From positions 2,790,001 to 2,854,000 of the forward strand of contig NC_043001.1 of the NCBI RefSeq assembly GCF_006345805.1: a stretch of 64,000 nucleotides of DNA. The letters are read 5' to 3'. The notes under the pieces are model-generated. The model had not been told where the DNA came from. It ran no database searches and was given only the letters and a program-made list of their open reading frames with translations. The position numbers and the translations under genes are program-made. The stretch comes from Octopus sinensis. Lineage: Eukaryota. Positions within the stretch are counted from its first letter, which is position 1; each line of letters opens with the position of its first letter. Of this stretch, positions 11,882 to 25,857 are shown one piece after another.

Positions 11882-13107
11882 GTATATGTCAAGATTATCA
11901 CCATCATCATCATTTTGACATCCTCCTTCCTGCTTGCATATGAGTCAGATGGAATTCATTGAGACAGATTGTAAATAGCAGGATGCCTTCTCTGTTGCCA
12001 ACACATGCATTTTTCCAAGTAACATAATATTTCCCCCCAGATGTGTTTCATATATACATATATACACACTCATATAAGCATATATATAGTTTACTGTTCT
12101 GCTAAGTTACGATTAACAAAGAGGTACTCCATCCACTGAGAGATAAATATCATTTCATGTACACTGTATAAAGATATGAACTACTGGTCGTTTCTTGCTG
12201 TGAAGACACCTGGCTCGGTAGGTTTTAGAATGTGTCTTCTATCTCCTAGCAATCTTTGAGCTCTGGACATCTTATCTGTTCTATTTGAATATTAGAATGG
12301 ATGTTGGTATATGAGAAACCACAAGAAAAAATAAGAAGAAGGTTGATGATATATATCACCATAATCATTTAACGTCTGCTTTCCATGCTAGCATGGGTTA
12401 GATGGCTTGACTGGAATTGGTAAACCAGAGAGCTACACCAGGTTCTGATCTGGCATGATCTTTTATGGCTGGATGCCCCTCCTAATGCCAACCACTCCAG
12501 GAGTGTAATGGGTGCTTTTTGTCTGTTCAATAGGTGTCCATAATTATGGGATTGTGTAAAGGGTCTACCTACTAGGCCAAGGAATATCCTACCTACACAT
12601 GTTTCTACATTGAGATAGATAGGAAGATAAATGGAATAGATAGATATATGTACATATATGTAATCATCATCATGTTGTGCATGGTCTGTGCATGTGCATA
12701 TGTGTATGTGTGTGTATTTGTGTGTATGCACAGACACATTTATTGGAGTGTGTAATAACAACCCAAACAATTGATTAACAATTAGAGACTGGAAAAGAGA
12801 AAGAAGCGTCAGATGTTCCAAGTATATTAGACCTTCAGCTGTGAAAAATAAAAATAAAAAAGATAGATAGAGGAAATGAAATAAAAAAGAAAACCAAGAC
12901 GAGATAAATCCACATGTGTTTACATGATGTCCATGTAAATACATGTAGCATTATTCTTCTTTGCCTCCTTTTGTTTCTTTCTCTTTTCCTTTCTTTCTTT
13001 TCCTTTTTTCTCTTCCCTGTGATGAACAAAATATGGTAGCACCAAAGCAACCGTCCTAATTTCTCCAGCCCTTCTGGAAGTTTGTTCTTCCCAGTGTATC
13101 TTTTTTA

Positions 13108-14100
13108 TCATCATCATGTAACATCTATTTTCCATACTGGCACGGGTTGGGCTGTATGACAGGAGCTGGTAAGCTAGAGAGCTGCACCAGGCTCCATTTG
13201 TCTGCTTTGGCACGGATTCTAGGGCTGGATGCCCTTCTTAATACCAACCACTTTTCAGTGCATGGAGGGATGCTTCTCACGTGGCCTCATATGGTTGCAT
13301 TCTACATGGCACTGGCACCAGTGCTTTCTACATGGTGCCAGCACAGGTGTTTCTTGCAAGGCAAAATCTTCATCAGCTGGGAGAAGAGCATTAACAACTC
13401 TACTGTGCTGAAGAGGTCTTCTTGAGTACAGCAAGGGGCCACATTTCTTAGCCCTTTGTCATATTCTTTATAAAGTTCAGTGTCTTGTGATTGGCCTTCA
13501 ATACTTCATCTAATGTCTTCCTTGGTCTCCCACTTTCATTGAGCTCCATCCACTTTGAGAGACCAGCACACCTTTTTGCAGCTTTCTACATCCATCCACA
13601 TCAAATGGCCAAACTAGTGCAGTCTTCTCTCTTACACACTGCTTATAATTCGTCTTATGTCTCACTTTTCTCTCAATATTCTAGCACTGTGTCATGCATG
13701 GACTCTCACATTGCACATTCCAGTAGAGCATGATTAATTCTTCTCTAGCCTTCATATGTTCCCTCCATTCAGGGCCCACACCTCACTACCAGGTAGGATT
13801 GCTGTTCTTATACATGCATCTCACAATCTCCCTTTCACTTGGAGAGAGACAAACCTTTGGTCACCAACAAAGGTAAAAGTTCTCTGAATTTTCTCCATCC
13901 TCTTATTATTTTAGTGGTTACACTTTCCATATATCCTCGATCCCCACCCGCTACTAACTAGATCTCTAGTTTGCAGAAATTATCCACCACATCTAAAGAA
14001 CCTCCAGAGCATTTGAGAGAATCAATTTCCTGAGTATATCTTACTTTTATGCTTTCTGTGCCTCTTTCACATCCACTACTTCCTTTGTTGTTCACACCAT
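13108..14100 (-). mobile_element. RTE-type LINE 3' relic (post-RT region plus 3' UTR)
   Basis: Minus-strand GWRKFRELLPLLVTKGLS...VKGRL*DACIRTAILPGSEVWAL with stops and frameshifts, running into the (GAT)n-tailed short repeat. Confidence 0.8.
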
Positions 14101-14462
14101 AAAAATCTAGAAACTGGAGAGGTATAAAACAATTTGTTTTTAACAGTAAAACTTGAAGTGGATCAAGTTATAAATAATAGCACCTAAATATTAAGTTTTA
14201 AGTCCCTTTGGATTGAAAAAGCAAATGGTGCCAGTGGGAATTGAAACCAAAACTTCTGTAATGATGAAGAATGATATCTTAATTCAAAATTTGCTCACAG
14301 TTATTCATGGCATGATCTACTTTATATGCATACATATTTGTTTGTGTATATAGAGACATAAAGACTTTAAGCACAACAAAACATAACACTGCACCTCATC
14401 TCAAAACACTACTGTATATATTAATTTACAACCCTAGAAACAATGAGGCTTACAACATTATC

Positions 14463-15016
14463 GTGCAAAATCTTCCTTTACTAACTCGAGACCCCAAAAT
14501 GAAAAACATTCTGAAAACACATAAATTCATCAAATGCAAAAAGCAACACAAATTGCTAAAGAGACTTCTAACAAATGCGAAGCTTTACACAACAACCAAG
14601 AACTCAATGGTTAAAAAATGTGGATGTCCAAACTGCGGAACATGCCCCAGCCTACTTGATGCCTCGGATTTCCGTTCCAAAAAAAGGAGAGAGGTTCACA
14701 ATTAAAACCAACTTCGCTTGTGCCCCTGAGAATCTAATTTATGTAATAACCTGTTCATGTTGTGGACATCACAATACAGGACAGATGAGTATGACATTGA
14801 GATGAAGAACCACTCTACATAAAGAGCAGATCCAGTTCCCACAATACAGACAGATTCCCTTAAGTGAACACATAGAGAGATTTGCAGGTAACATCAAACC
14901 AAATTTCAGTTTTTCCCTTCTACCAATGCAAAGATATAATTTCTATACAAGAATGTTTGAATAAAGAAAATTTATTCATTGAAAAATACAGAACATGTCT
15001 AAATATGCACGCATAA
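14463..15016 (+). mobile_element. Penelope-like element relic: Cys-rich linker plus GIY-YIG endonuclease (Neptune-like, tentative)
   Basis: KKCGCPNCGTCP / NLIYVITCSCCGHHNTGQ...LR*RTTLHKEQI...LSEH / ENLFIEKYRTCLN across two frameshifts and one stop. Confidence 0.85.
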
Positions 15017-15649
15017 CCAACTTTGATTTCTACATATTTTAGTTCATGATTACACACCCATCACTGTACACATTTCTCCCCACTACCCTAGCGTTTGAAT
15101 TTTGTGTAAAAATTTCCCCCTCCCACTAAAAGATGAACAATTATCTTCCCTGTCCTCAATTACCTCCCCTTAGATTTTTCTACTTGTTTTAATCATTCAT
15201 TCATAAACTCCACAAACATGGACAAAAAATTTTTTCTTAAGAAAATACGTATTTAAATATATTTTAATGTCATGATTAGTGAAAGTGAAACTGGTTGACA
15301 AACACAATATAAAATAAATAATAAAAAATATATTAAATCTATGTAAAGTGGGTGCATTTTCCTTCTTTAATTACTTATATATACTACAACTCAACACGTG
15401 GTGATAATTGAAATTCTACCTTTCTCTCTATATATATTTCTTAAATGTGTTTGGAATGCCAAAACAATCCAAGTTATAAGGATTAAGTTAAATCAATGGT
15501 TTGTACACTTATCTTGCATTTCAATATTTGTGGGTTAAGACCTCTTCTTCAAGAATTCTTAGGAAATTTGGTGTTACAAAGTAGCATTTCTGCTCTATAG
15601 TATGAATATGTGTATGTGTGTGTATAAAGGATTGTCTTGCATTCTCGGA

Positions 15650-16140
15650 GTAGCAGTGCTTCATTGGCCAATCAACTGCATGCAATTTGATTCTGTTGTC
15701 AATATAAGGTTTGGTTTTACTAATGATGATGGCTTTTTTTATTCTCAGGTTTTCAATATTTCATTCTGTGGTATTAATGGAGACGTATCTTGGGGGTGGC
15801 ATTTCTTCAGGTATTTTTTCACAGAAGAAACATCAGCATAGACGTGCACTTGTCTCATATGCTTCCAGTGTAGGATTCACTGCAGCATTTACTACATATG
15901 ATTTTATACAACAAATAGCATCTCAGACGTGTCCACAATGTTGATTGGGCAGTTGGGCAATGCATAAGGCATAGTCTAATGCTGGTTAGGTTTTGGTAAT
16001 AAACCTCTTCAAGGAGGGTTCATAGAGTACCATTCGTATATTCAACCTCTTCCTGTGGATCACTAGGGAGATTCTAGTAGAGGTGTCTTTATTAAATTGT
16101 TTTTGAAAACATTTAAATAAAGATATTGGATTTCGTTAGG
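15650..16140 (-). mobile_element. Second Penelope-like GIY-YIG relic, tail-to-tail with the first
   Basis: Minus-strand LLYKIICSKCCSESYTGS (15862-15920) and NLRIKKAIIISKTKPYIDNR (about 15690-15750). Confidence 0.7.
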
Positions 16141-16803
16141 TGGTTCTGGTGATAATTTATTTCTTATTACTTGCACTGAATTGGCTTCTCAAGTGAATTA
16201 AAATATTTAATCTATATCATACAATGCTTCATGTAAGCATATACAGTGTGTATGTGTGTATATATATATATATTATATATATATATATACACATAGATAG
16301 ATGCATACATACATACACACATCTATGTATATAGATATGTATGTATGTATGTGTGTATGTATGCATGTATGTATGTGTGTATAAAATCTGTAGCTGGCCT
16401 TATTGGCATTGCTTTCTAAATCACGGCTTTTGTCATGTTTCCCAATGCTTCAAGCAAGCTACAATTCTTCTGTATATCATGTATATTCACTGGTACATAA
16501 ATGTTTATAAACACACACACACACATGCATGCGCGCACGCACACACACACACACACTCACGCCTGTGCACACACTTCTGGCAGTGCTGACCATCTCAACT
16601 TTGGCTGACTGATTTCCAATTTTCCAATTAAAACTGATCAACTTAATTATTGTGAACCTTACTGATGCCTTCCACTCAGGTCAATGGTCATGTGACTACA
16701 ACGACTGGACTGAGTGTCTTGAATATATATACAGTGATCAACAAAAATACTCTACACTTACACTCACACACACACACACTCACACACACGCACACACACA
16801 CAC

Positions 16804-16850
<47 letters not shown>

Positions 16851-17034
16851 TATATACACATATACATATAGATATATAAAAATGGATATAGTCAGCAGTG
16901 TGTAATGTTTCAGGAAAAAACTCCTACATTGCTAGAAATAAGACCTCAAAATCTCTAATGCTGTAGTTAAAGCACATAATTATTCCTAGCAGTGTAGGTA
17001 TTCTAACACTCTAGTCATATATAGAGTAATGATT

Positions 17035-17125
17035 ATACATACATACATACATACATACATACATACATACATACATACATACATACATACATACATACAT
17101 ACATACATACATGCATACATACATA
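17035..17125. repeat. (CATA)n microsatellite
   Basis: Long near-perfect tetranucleotide run. Confidence 0.95.
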
Positions 17126-17177
17126 CATATATATATACGTACATACATACACATATATACACACACATACATTTATA

Positions 17178-17640
17178 TATCATCATCATTGTTTAACATC
17201 TATTATCCATGCTGGCATGGGTTGGATGGTTTGACCAGGGTTGGCAAACCAGGATCCAGTCTGATTTGGCATGGTTTTCTACAGCTGGATGTTCTTCCTA
17301 ATGCCAACCACTCTGAGAATGTAAATATTGTGCACTTGGCTTGATGAGTCCTCTCAAGCAGGGCACATTGCCAAAGGTCTTGGTCATTGTCTCTGTGAGG
17401 TTCAAAGTTCGATGGTCATGCTTTACCACTTTGTCCCGTGTCTTCCTGGGTCTACCTCTGCCACAAATTCCCTCCACAGTTAGAGATTGGCACTTCTTTA
17501 CACAGCTGTCCATGTCCATACACATCACATGACCATACCAGCACAGTCATCTCTCTTGCACACCACATCTGATGCCTCTTATGCCCAACTTTTCTCTCAA
17601 GACGTTAACCTTCTGTCAAACATGCACACTGACATATATA
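17178..17640 (-). mobile_element. RTE-type LINE 3' end plus UTR
   Basis: DSCVKKCQSLTVEGICGRGRPRKT (ORF 17298..17528), typical RTE C-terminus, continuing into the (GAT)n-tailed repeat. Confidence 0.85.
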
Positions 17641-19227
17641 GGCAGAGAGGTGTAGCTGTGTTTTGAGTAGTTAGTTTCCCAGATAAATGTTCTTGGCTTC
17701 AAGTGTCAACAAGCTCCAAACCAACAAAATCTTTGTGAGTAGATTTGCTTGATGGAAACTGAAAGAATCCTATCCTGTATGCATGTAAATGTGTGTCAGT
17801 GTGTATGTATGGATGTGTTAAGCTACTGTTATGACAGTGTTTGTGCACTGAACATAGACAATGTCCTGAGTGTGTGACAGAGTCGTTATTTACAATCTGT
17901 CTGGGTGTTGAAAGTTTGATTTAAAAAGGGGCTAGAGGATTCTGTACCTTTTTTAGAAACAGGAGCATTTAGCCGCAGAAAAACCACCTCTGCTGGTTTC
18001 ATTTGACTCCTGCCAATATAGGCCTAGGCATGCTGTGGCATCAAGCTCTTTGATTCTGGTGACTCTGGAAAAAATTATCAGGAAAATCGCAGGCAAAAGG
18101 ATTGACTAGATTTCATTTAACAAGTCCCCTGCGTCTCCACCCTGTCAAGTGTCAATGATCAGGTTAGTGCTGACATTGGTGGCAATGGTTAATATGGAAT
18201 CAGTGTTCAATTCTGGAGAAGGAGCATGCTAAATAGTTACTATGTCCAAGGAAGCAGCAGTCTCAGGAATTATCCATTTCTGGTTTGAGGCACATGGCCG
18301 GTAATCACACTGTTAAATAGATTTGGACACAAAAGGAAATATCTTGCTCAAGGATATAATGTTCAAACCCAGTTCAGGAAATGAACCCTTAATCATGTGA
18401 TCGTGAGCCAAACAGCCTAACCACAAGACCATGTGTCTTCATTCATCCCATAATACTCTCTTAACAAAGGGTCCTTGCATATCAGACAATGTGGTCGTTA
18501 ATGTACAAAAGAGACCCTTCATTGCAGGAGTGTCTAAAAATTAATCAGGTCAAACATGGGCTGCAGCAATAACAACAGCCAATGAAATATTGATTTGAAG
18601 TCTTTGGCTGAAGGCCAGCAATTTCAGGGGAGGTAATAAAATGATTAAATCGACCCCAGTGTGCAACTGGTATTTATTTTATCAACTCTGAAAAGTTGAA
18701 TGGTAAAGTCAACCTCAGAGGAATTTGAAATCAGAAAGTAAACGACAGGCTAAATGGTTCTAAATAATGGTTCTACCTGTTCTTTGCCTTTGGACAAGCA
18801 AATATTTGTAGCAGCTGAAGGAAGCTTGCAGCATTGCCTGCTTGAGGTTTTGTGAAACCTAGAGGAAGAGACTTCTTCATCTCCCCTCACACTGCAACAC
18901 GAGGAGAAAGCCAATTGTTAATCTATTATAATGCTATGCTTTAAAGATATTTAATTGCTACTTGAGAATATGAAGTAACAGCTTTTCAAAACTACATTTT
19001 GTGGGTCTTAATGAGCAATTAGATGATGCATGTGCACACACACATTTATAGGTGTATATACACATATATATATGTACATATAAACATACATTTTCATATA
19101 GGTATACGTACCTGTGTGTGTATATGAATATGTATTATCTGTATGCACGTTTATATGTGTATATGCATATGTATATACATATATATGTATGTATCTGTGT
19201 AGGTGTGCATATGTATATAATATACAC

Positions 19228-19268
<41 letters not shown>

Positions 19269-19699
19269 TACATACATGTATACATACATGTATGCACATA
19301 TGTGAATGCCAGTCAATATATGTATAATGAGGTTGTTGTGTTGCATATTTCATGAAAACACGCAGCTAATGATTTCTGGTCTGGTTAAAACTATCTGTTT
19401 GAAAGGAGAGTAGATTTTTTCCTAAAGTGGCCATTTGCTATAGTTAAGTATAATTTATACAGTATTGTTCAAAATTTTCAGTCGAATTATCATAGGAGAC
19501 CTATAGCTTGTGATGGTTTACAGATGGTTTAAAGATTGTGATGGTTTACAGATTTGCTTCAGGGAGTTACTTTCTATCAATAGCTTGGATAATCTTAGCT
19601 GATCAAATTTTATTAATCTTCAATATTATATCAGTGAGACCCATCCTTACTTATGATTTATATATATTGTCTGTGTATATATGTATGTATTTATATCTT

Positions 19700-19807
<108 letters not shown>

Positions 19808-20307
19808 TAATTTATAAGTTATACTGGCATGATGACTCTCCCTAGAAACAACAAAATGAGTTATAAGGTTTCAAAATAATCTAGGTACATCAACCAGTAG
19901 GATTCCAGAAATGGCTAGGGATGATGACATAGAGTTCATAGTGAGGTAAGCAACAATGAAGATATCACGTGATGGTTGGATAATTTAGATATGTATATAC
20001 CAAATACAATTCAAAAAGTACATCCAACTCATATATATCTAACGCTTTTAGCTTAGTTTTTCCTTGGGGCTGGCCAGATTGGAGCAATCTCAAGTATAAA
20101 CGGCCGAAATTGTGACTATAATCTGGTGCTTGACTGAGGATAGACGGCTTTGAATGACCCGTTCTTATTTTTTTGTATCGTCTGTTTGGATGTTTTGTTG
20201 TCCCTTTTTGTATCACCTAGCTGTCCGAATGTTTTGTGTTCTTGTCCCATTTTGTATTTCATATACATATATAGAGCGGCGTATATACACTTTGCTCTAA
20301 TATATAT

Positions 20308-20520
20308 ATGCCACTGGCACCTGTGCAGGTGGCACGTAAAAAGCACCCACTACACTCACGGAGTGGTTGGCGTTAGGAAGGGCATCCAGCTGTAGAAACA
20401 TTACCAGATAAAACTGGAGCCTGGTGCAGCCTTCTGGCTTCCCAGGTCCCCGGTCGAATCGTCCAACCCATGCTAGCATGGAGAACGGACGTTAAACGAT
20501 GATGATGATGATGATGATAT
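20308..20520 (+). mobile_element. RTE-3'UTR-type short repeat (well preserved)
   Basis: Family motif with retained CpGs, ending CATGGAGAACGGACGTTAAAC(GAT)n. Confidence 0.9.
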
Positions 20521-21392
20521 ATATATATATAAATATGTATGTAATTCTGGGAAGGATGTCTGGGCACAGTGTTTTAGTTGAGGTCTCATATGACTAGACA
20601 CAACAAGGAAGACACATAAAGTTGTAAATGGGCTGGAAATGTTAAAGTGGATGAAGTACACAAACAGCAAACTTCAAGGAAGAGAATCTGTTACGGTTAT
20701 GAGAGAAAAGTCAGAGAAAGGGCACAAATAATATGCCTATATTTCAGGGGTTATAATGTGTACATGAGCAATCGGAGGTACATTAAAGGAAAGTATTGTA
20801 TGCCTATATCAACTTCTTGTGCCTAATTAGCTTTCATTTAATTAATTCCCCAATCCCTCAAACATTGTTTATTTCATCCTTTTCCTTCCTCCGGTTCCTC
20901 CTGTTTTAAAACTTCCACATTCACTCTGCACACAAACTTGCAACCACAGTTCTGACGCTGAGGCATCTTGATAAAATATGCATTATGCATAACTTGCCAG
21001 CAGAAACACAACTAGTTATGGCCCCGGATTAAAGGCAACATACGATTATCTCTACTTTGCATAGTAGATTCAAGATTCTTCAATTTCTGTTCCATCTTTC
21101 GCATCGATGCTGTTACAGCTTTAACTAATGTGGTTTATCTTGTATTTTATAGCGAGCACTCTCCTGATAGCCATTTTATGGTAGGCGAAGTCAGATATGT
21201 TGATAGAAAGCACACATGATTATACATGTGTGTGTGTGTGTAATATTACACATACATATTTACATATACACACAGATACAGGTGTGTGTGTGTGTAAGAG
21301 CATGTATCTGTGTATATGCAAGCTTCTAAGTACTTCCTAAAATAATTGCTTCGAAATGTAAAATATAAAACACTGCAGTAATAATGATGATA

Positions 21393-21431
<39 letters not shown>

Positions 21432-21723
21432 CTGCTGCTGATGATGATGATGATGACGATGACGATGATGACATATAAAAACTCCTCTACTAGAATTACA
21501 CAATTGCCCATTTCCTTAACAAATAACCATAATGTTTATGAGAAACGATCTCCTTCAAGAACAAATTATCAATAACTTTCCGATCAATATGTATACACTA
21601 TTGAATTTCTGTGCACAATTGAGGAGAAATATGCACTCACTACTTAAAAAAAAAAAAAAGAAATAACACGGAAGCGTAAACAAGTACAGACACAGCGATT
21701 TATGCATGTACAGATACATAAAT

Positions 21724-21763
<40 letters not shown>

Positions 21764-21920
21764 TTATGTATATGTATGTATGTGTGTATTGTGTATATAT
21801 ATATATATCTATATTTATATATATATATATTTATATATGTATAAATATATATATATATGTGTGTATATATATATACATATACCTATACACATACATATGT
21901 ATGTACCTATGTATATATAT

Positions 21921-21952
<32 letters not shown>

Positions 21953-22689
21953 GTACATATGTATATACATTTATGTGTGTGTGTGTATATACACACACAA
22001 GCACGCATACATAAACATGATGATAAATGTAGATTCAATAATCATTGAAAGATAACTTATGCATTAAATACAAGCATATTCATGTATGCACACATACGTA
22101 GACATTATGTGTATGTGTATATACTTACGTTATCATTATCATTCATTGTTATCATTTTAATGGGTTTCTTTTTTTTACTCAATCTTGCACGGGTCAAATG
22201 TGACATTGTTGCGGCAGAATTTTCCACAGCTGGATGCACTCTCTGTCACTAACATTTAACTGTTTCCAAGAAAGGTAATATTCCTCCCTGTCTAACAAAT
22301 AACTAACATCCTGGACTGCTTTCGTGGAAAATGGCAAACAAACGACACATGTTGATGCATTGTTTACAATCAGAGTCTGCAGTGGAAAGAAGCTCTCAAT
22401 AGAGCTGAACAGCAGGTGTTTCAACCCTTTAATTCTCACACTCTGAGGGGGCCAGACCGTATTCAGGTCATGACCCCTGGGTGACCTTCTGCTGACCCTT
22501 TTTCAACTCTTCAATATAAGGGACTTGCATATTGAAACTGCCAGGGTGTTTCGTCTAATTGTAACTCTTCACATTTGACTCTGCTTTCAAACTTGTATTT
22601 GATGCCATAGTAAATTCTATATCTCCTTGCGTGCTAAAGATTATAAATATTTCCTTTCAAATCACAAACATAATTTTTTAAACAAAAGT

Positions 22690-23100
22690 AAAGTAGAAGA
22701 TAGTTACAGGCATTCTAATATTTTCACTAAATTATTAAGGAATATCAAGAATATCAAAGTTAGTTATAAGCCCTCATTACAGGCATCTACTAATTGCAAC
22801 TATTTAAGCTCTAACACATGACTCAAAGTCAGTCCTATCCCACTAACTTTATGTGTCAGGCAAAAGAAAAACTGTCATCAATGTTGACATTGGTTTAACA
22901 GTAAAACAATTCAAAACCAGATTTAATGACCATGAACACTCGTTTAGAACTCCAGCTACAAAATGTGGCACCACATTGTCTCAGTTCTGTGGACAACAAA
23001 GTTACAAATAATTATAAAATATTTGGTAATATTTTGTTGCTGACACTTTCCTATTCCTAATTATTAAAGTTTTGCAACCTGTGTATCAAAAATACACAGA
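22690..23100 (+). mobile_element. Third Penelope-like GIY-YIG relic (Naiad-like, tentative)
   Basis: NIKVSYK, IGLTVKQFKTRFNDHEHSFR...TTLS (from 22889) and KFCNLC (from 23067), in disrupted frames. Confidence 0.7.
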
Positions 23101-24407
23101 TAATGGATGAATTAAAGGTAATAGGTAAATTTCAATATGAAACCAGCACTAGAGAGGTTATCTTGTTTTCATAAACCCATGACAAATAGTTCTCTGAATG
23201 TGTCTCTATTTATTTACCAAACACTCTCTGTCTTAATATCATCAGTAGAGTACTTTGAAGGAGCTTGATACCTAGACTGTTTTTACTAGATTTTGGGAGT
23301 AGAATAGGAAGTCATTCAGCCATGGAGTTGAGTCTATGGCAAGAAAGCTTTCTGATTCAATTACATTTTATTCTGTTAAGATTTATGAGCTTGAAGTCTT
23401 TCTGAGAAGTTCTTGTTTGTTCAATATATTGATTTCAAATTTTTGGCACAAGGCCAGGAAATTCAAAGAAGCAGGTAAATCAATTACATCGATGCTAGTG
23501 ATCAACAGGTACTTCTTTCATTGACCCTGAAAAGGTGAAAGTAAAGTCGACCTTCGTGTGATTTGAACTCAGAATGTAAAGACTGATGAAATGCTGCTAA
23601 CCATTATTCTCAGCTTGCTAACAAGGTGTTCAATATGTTGCTCTTCCATTGACTCCAAAAAGAGGAGGCTTTTGTATTACATTTTGAGCTGGTGCCAAAT
23701 CTGTGATAATGGCCTACATGTGGTGCACTCTCTGACATGGAGTTCTTTCTTCCAAACCTGAATATATACATGCACACAGGAAGAAATGCTCTTCTGTTTA
23801 GGTCTAACCACTTATCTTCTGGAAGATATTTCCTCCATCTTTCTTATTCACAAAAGTCGACCAGGGAAGCTTCAATGATTTCTTTTTATTTATTTAATTC
23901 CTCTTTTCCAGTTTTTCTATATGAGAAATGGATTCTTGAGATCTTTAGAAATGTCTTTTCATCATAAGGAATCTCCTGCCTTTGAGAACCATGCATTCTC
24001 TTTATCATACATGCATACAATACATATATATATATAGATGTACATACACATACACACACACACATACATGAATGTATGTATATAAAAGAAAACGATGACG
24101 CCTCCACATGTATATAGACCGAAAGATGATCAGGTATTGAAAAAAGTATTCAGTTTTTCACCAGAAGTAAAACTGTATTAACAATCGCCATCTTTTTATC
24201 TTTTGTGGATTTTACACCAATAACACAGGAGACAGGATGAAAATATTACGTGTTTTTATTTTAGCCATTTAAATGGTGAAATATATCAGGTGTTCTATGC
24301 ATAACAAATGAACAGGCGAATGTGTGGAGCATTATCTGACAATCTTTTGACAGCCACATATATTTTTAAGCAGTGTGTGTTCATTTGCATGTAGGCATAC
24401 ATACATA

Positions 24408-24460
<53 letters not shown>

Positions 24461-24568
24461 CATACTATGTAATGTTTCTATTTGTGTATCTATGCATGTG
24501 AGTGTGTAGGTATATATATGTATATATATATATATATATATATGCATATATGTGTGTAGGTATATATA

Positions 24569-24624
<56 letters not shown>

Positions 24625-24711
24625 TATTAGAGACAAAACCACTATTTTGCAAAACAAACAAGGAAAGACTTAATCAATACATAAAATTTTAATAAATAGT
24701 CAAAAAAACCG

Positions 24712-24754
24712 CCACTACAATTGTTTCTTGTCTTGATCGACAATCTTCAGGTGG
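24712..24754 (-). ncRNA. Minimal type I hammerhead ribozyme (minus strand)
   Basis: CCAC-CUGAAGA-UUGUC(gaucaa)GACAA-GAAAC(aauu)GUA^GUGG; all core positions intact. Confidence 0.75.
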
Positions 24755-24808
24755 ACTTCCAATAAGTCAGTTTCAAATTTCATAATTTGAAACTGACTTA
24801 TTGGAAGT

Positions 24809-24851
24809 CCACCTGAAGATTGTCGATCAAGACAAGAAACGATTGTAGTGG
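24809..24851 (+). ncRNA. Minimal type I hammerhead ribozyme (plus strand)
   Basis: CCAC-CUGAAGA-UUGUC(gaucaa)GACAA-GAAAC(gauu)GUA^GUGG; predicted cleavage after 24847. Confidence 0.75.
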
Positions 24852-25857
24852 CGGTTTTTTTGACTATTTATTAAAAGTTTATGTATTGATTAAGTCTTTC
24901 CTTGTTTGTTTTGCAAAATAGTGGTTTTGTCTCTAATAATATTTTATAATATTTTACTATAAATTGGATTTAATCCTAAATCTGATTTTTTCCCTGTAAA
25001 TTTGGATTTATTCCCTAATATTTATTATTTATATATATATATATATATATAATATATATATATACGTATATGTAAATATACATATACATACATATATCAT
25101 CATCACCGTCATCATGACCATCATCATCATCATCATCATCCCTATCATCATCATCATCATCCTCATCCCCATCATGATCACCATCACCATCATCACCATC
25201 ATCATCACCACCACCACATAATGCCCGTTTTCCATGCTGGCATGGGTCGGACGGTTTGACCAGTGCTGGCAAGCCGGAATGCTACACCAGGTTACAGTCT
25301 GTTGTGGCATGGTTTCTATGACAGGACTCCCTTTCTAACACCACCAAGCGTTTGATAATGTGTGCCAGGTGCTTTTAACATGGCACTACATGAGCACCTC
25401 CATGTCGAACTGGCATGAATGCTTCTTCAGCAGCTTTGGCACAGGCATCTTGCTGGTTAATCCTCTTAACACTTCTACAGTGGAGAACGAGTTTTCTTGA
25501 GTACAGCAAGGTGCCAGGTATCTCAGTCCTTGTGATCCTGTCTGAAAAGTTCAACATCCTGAGGTCAATCTTTCAGCACCACTATGGAGTAGTTTTAGTG
25601 AAGCATTGTATGATATTACATTGAAGAAACTTGGAGCGGGTTAAGGGCCAGAACAATAAGAAAAGGAAACAAAGTGGGAATGTTACCTTATATTTCTATA
25701 TTCCAGGGCCATGACCCCTTTTAATTCAGGAATGGAAAAGGTTGTCGCTCACACATTTGAAGAACAACTTTTTTCCATCCATCACTTTTCCACAAGCCCT
25801 GAAGAATGGTTTGTTGCCCTGAAATATAGAAATACAAGATACAGCTAAATTTTTTTT

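Larger units (their letters stand above)
24615..24948. repeat. 334-bp palindrome (165-bp arms, 4-nt loop), probable inverted PLE pseudo-LTR
   Basis: Arms 24615-24779 and 24784-24948 are reverse complements with 2 mismatches; flanked by (TA)n. Confidence 0.95.

Noticed and set aside
25796-25830. CTGAAGA...GAAA hammerhead-like spacing
   Set aside because: No convincing stem II, and no stem I partner or UH site.
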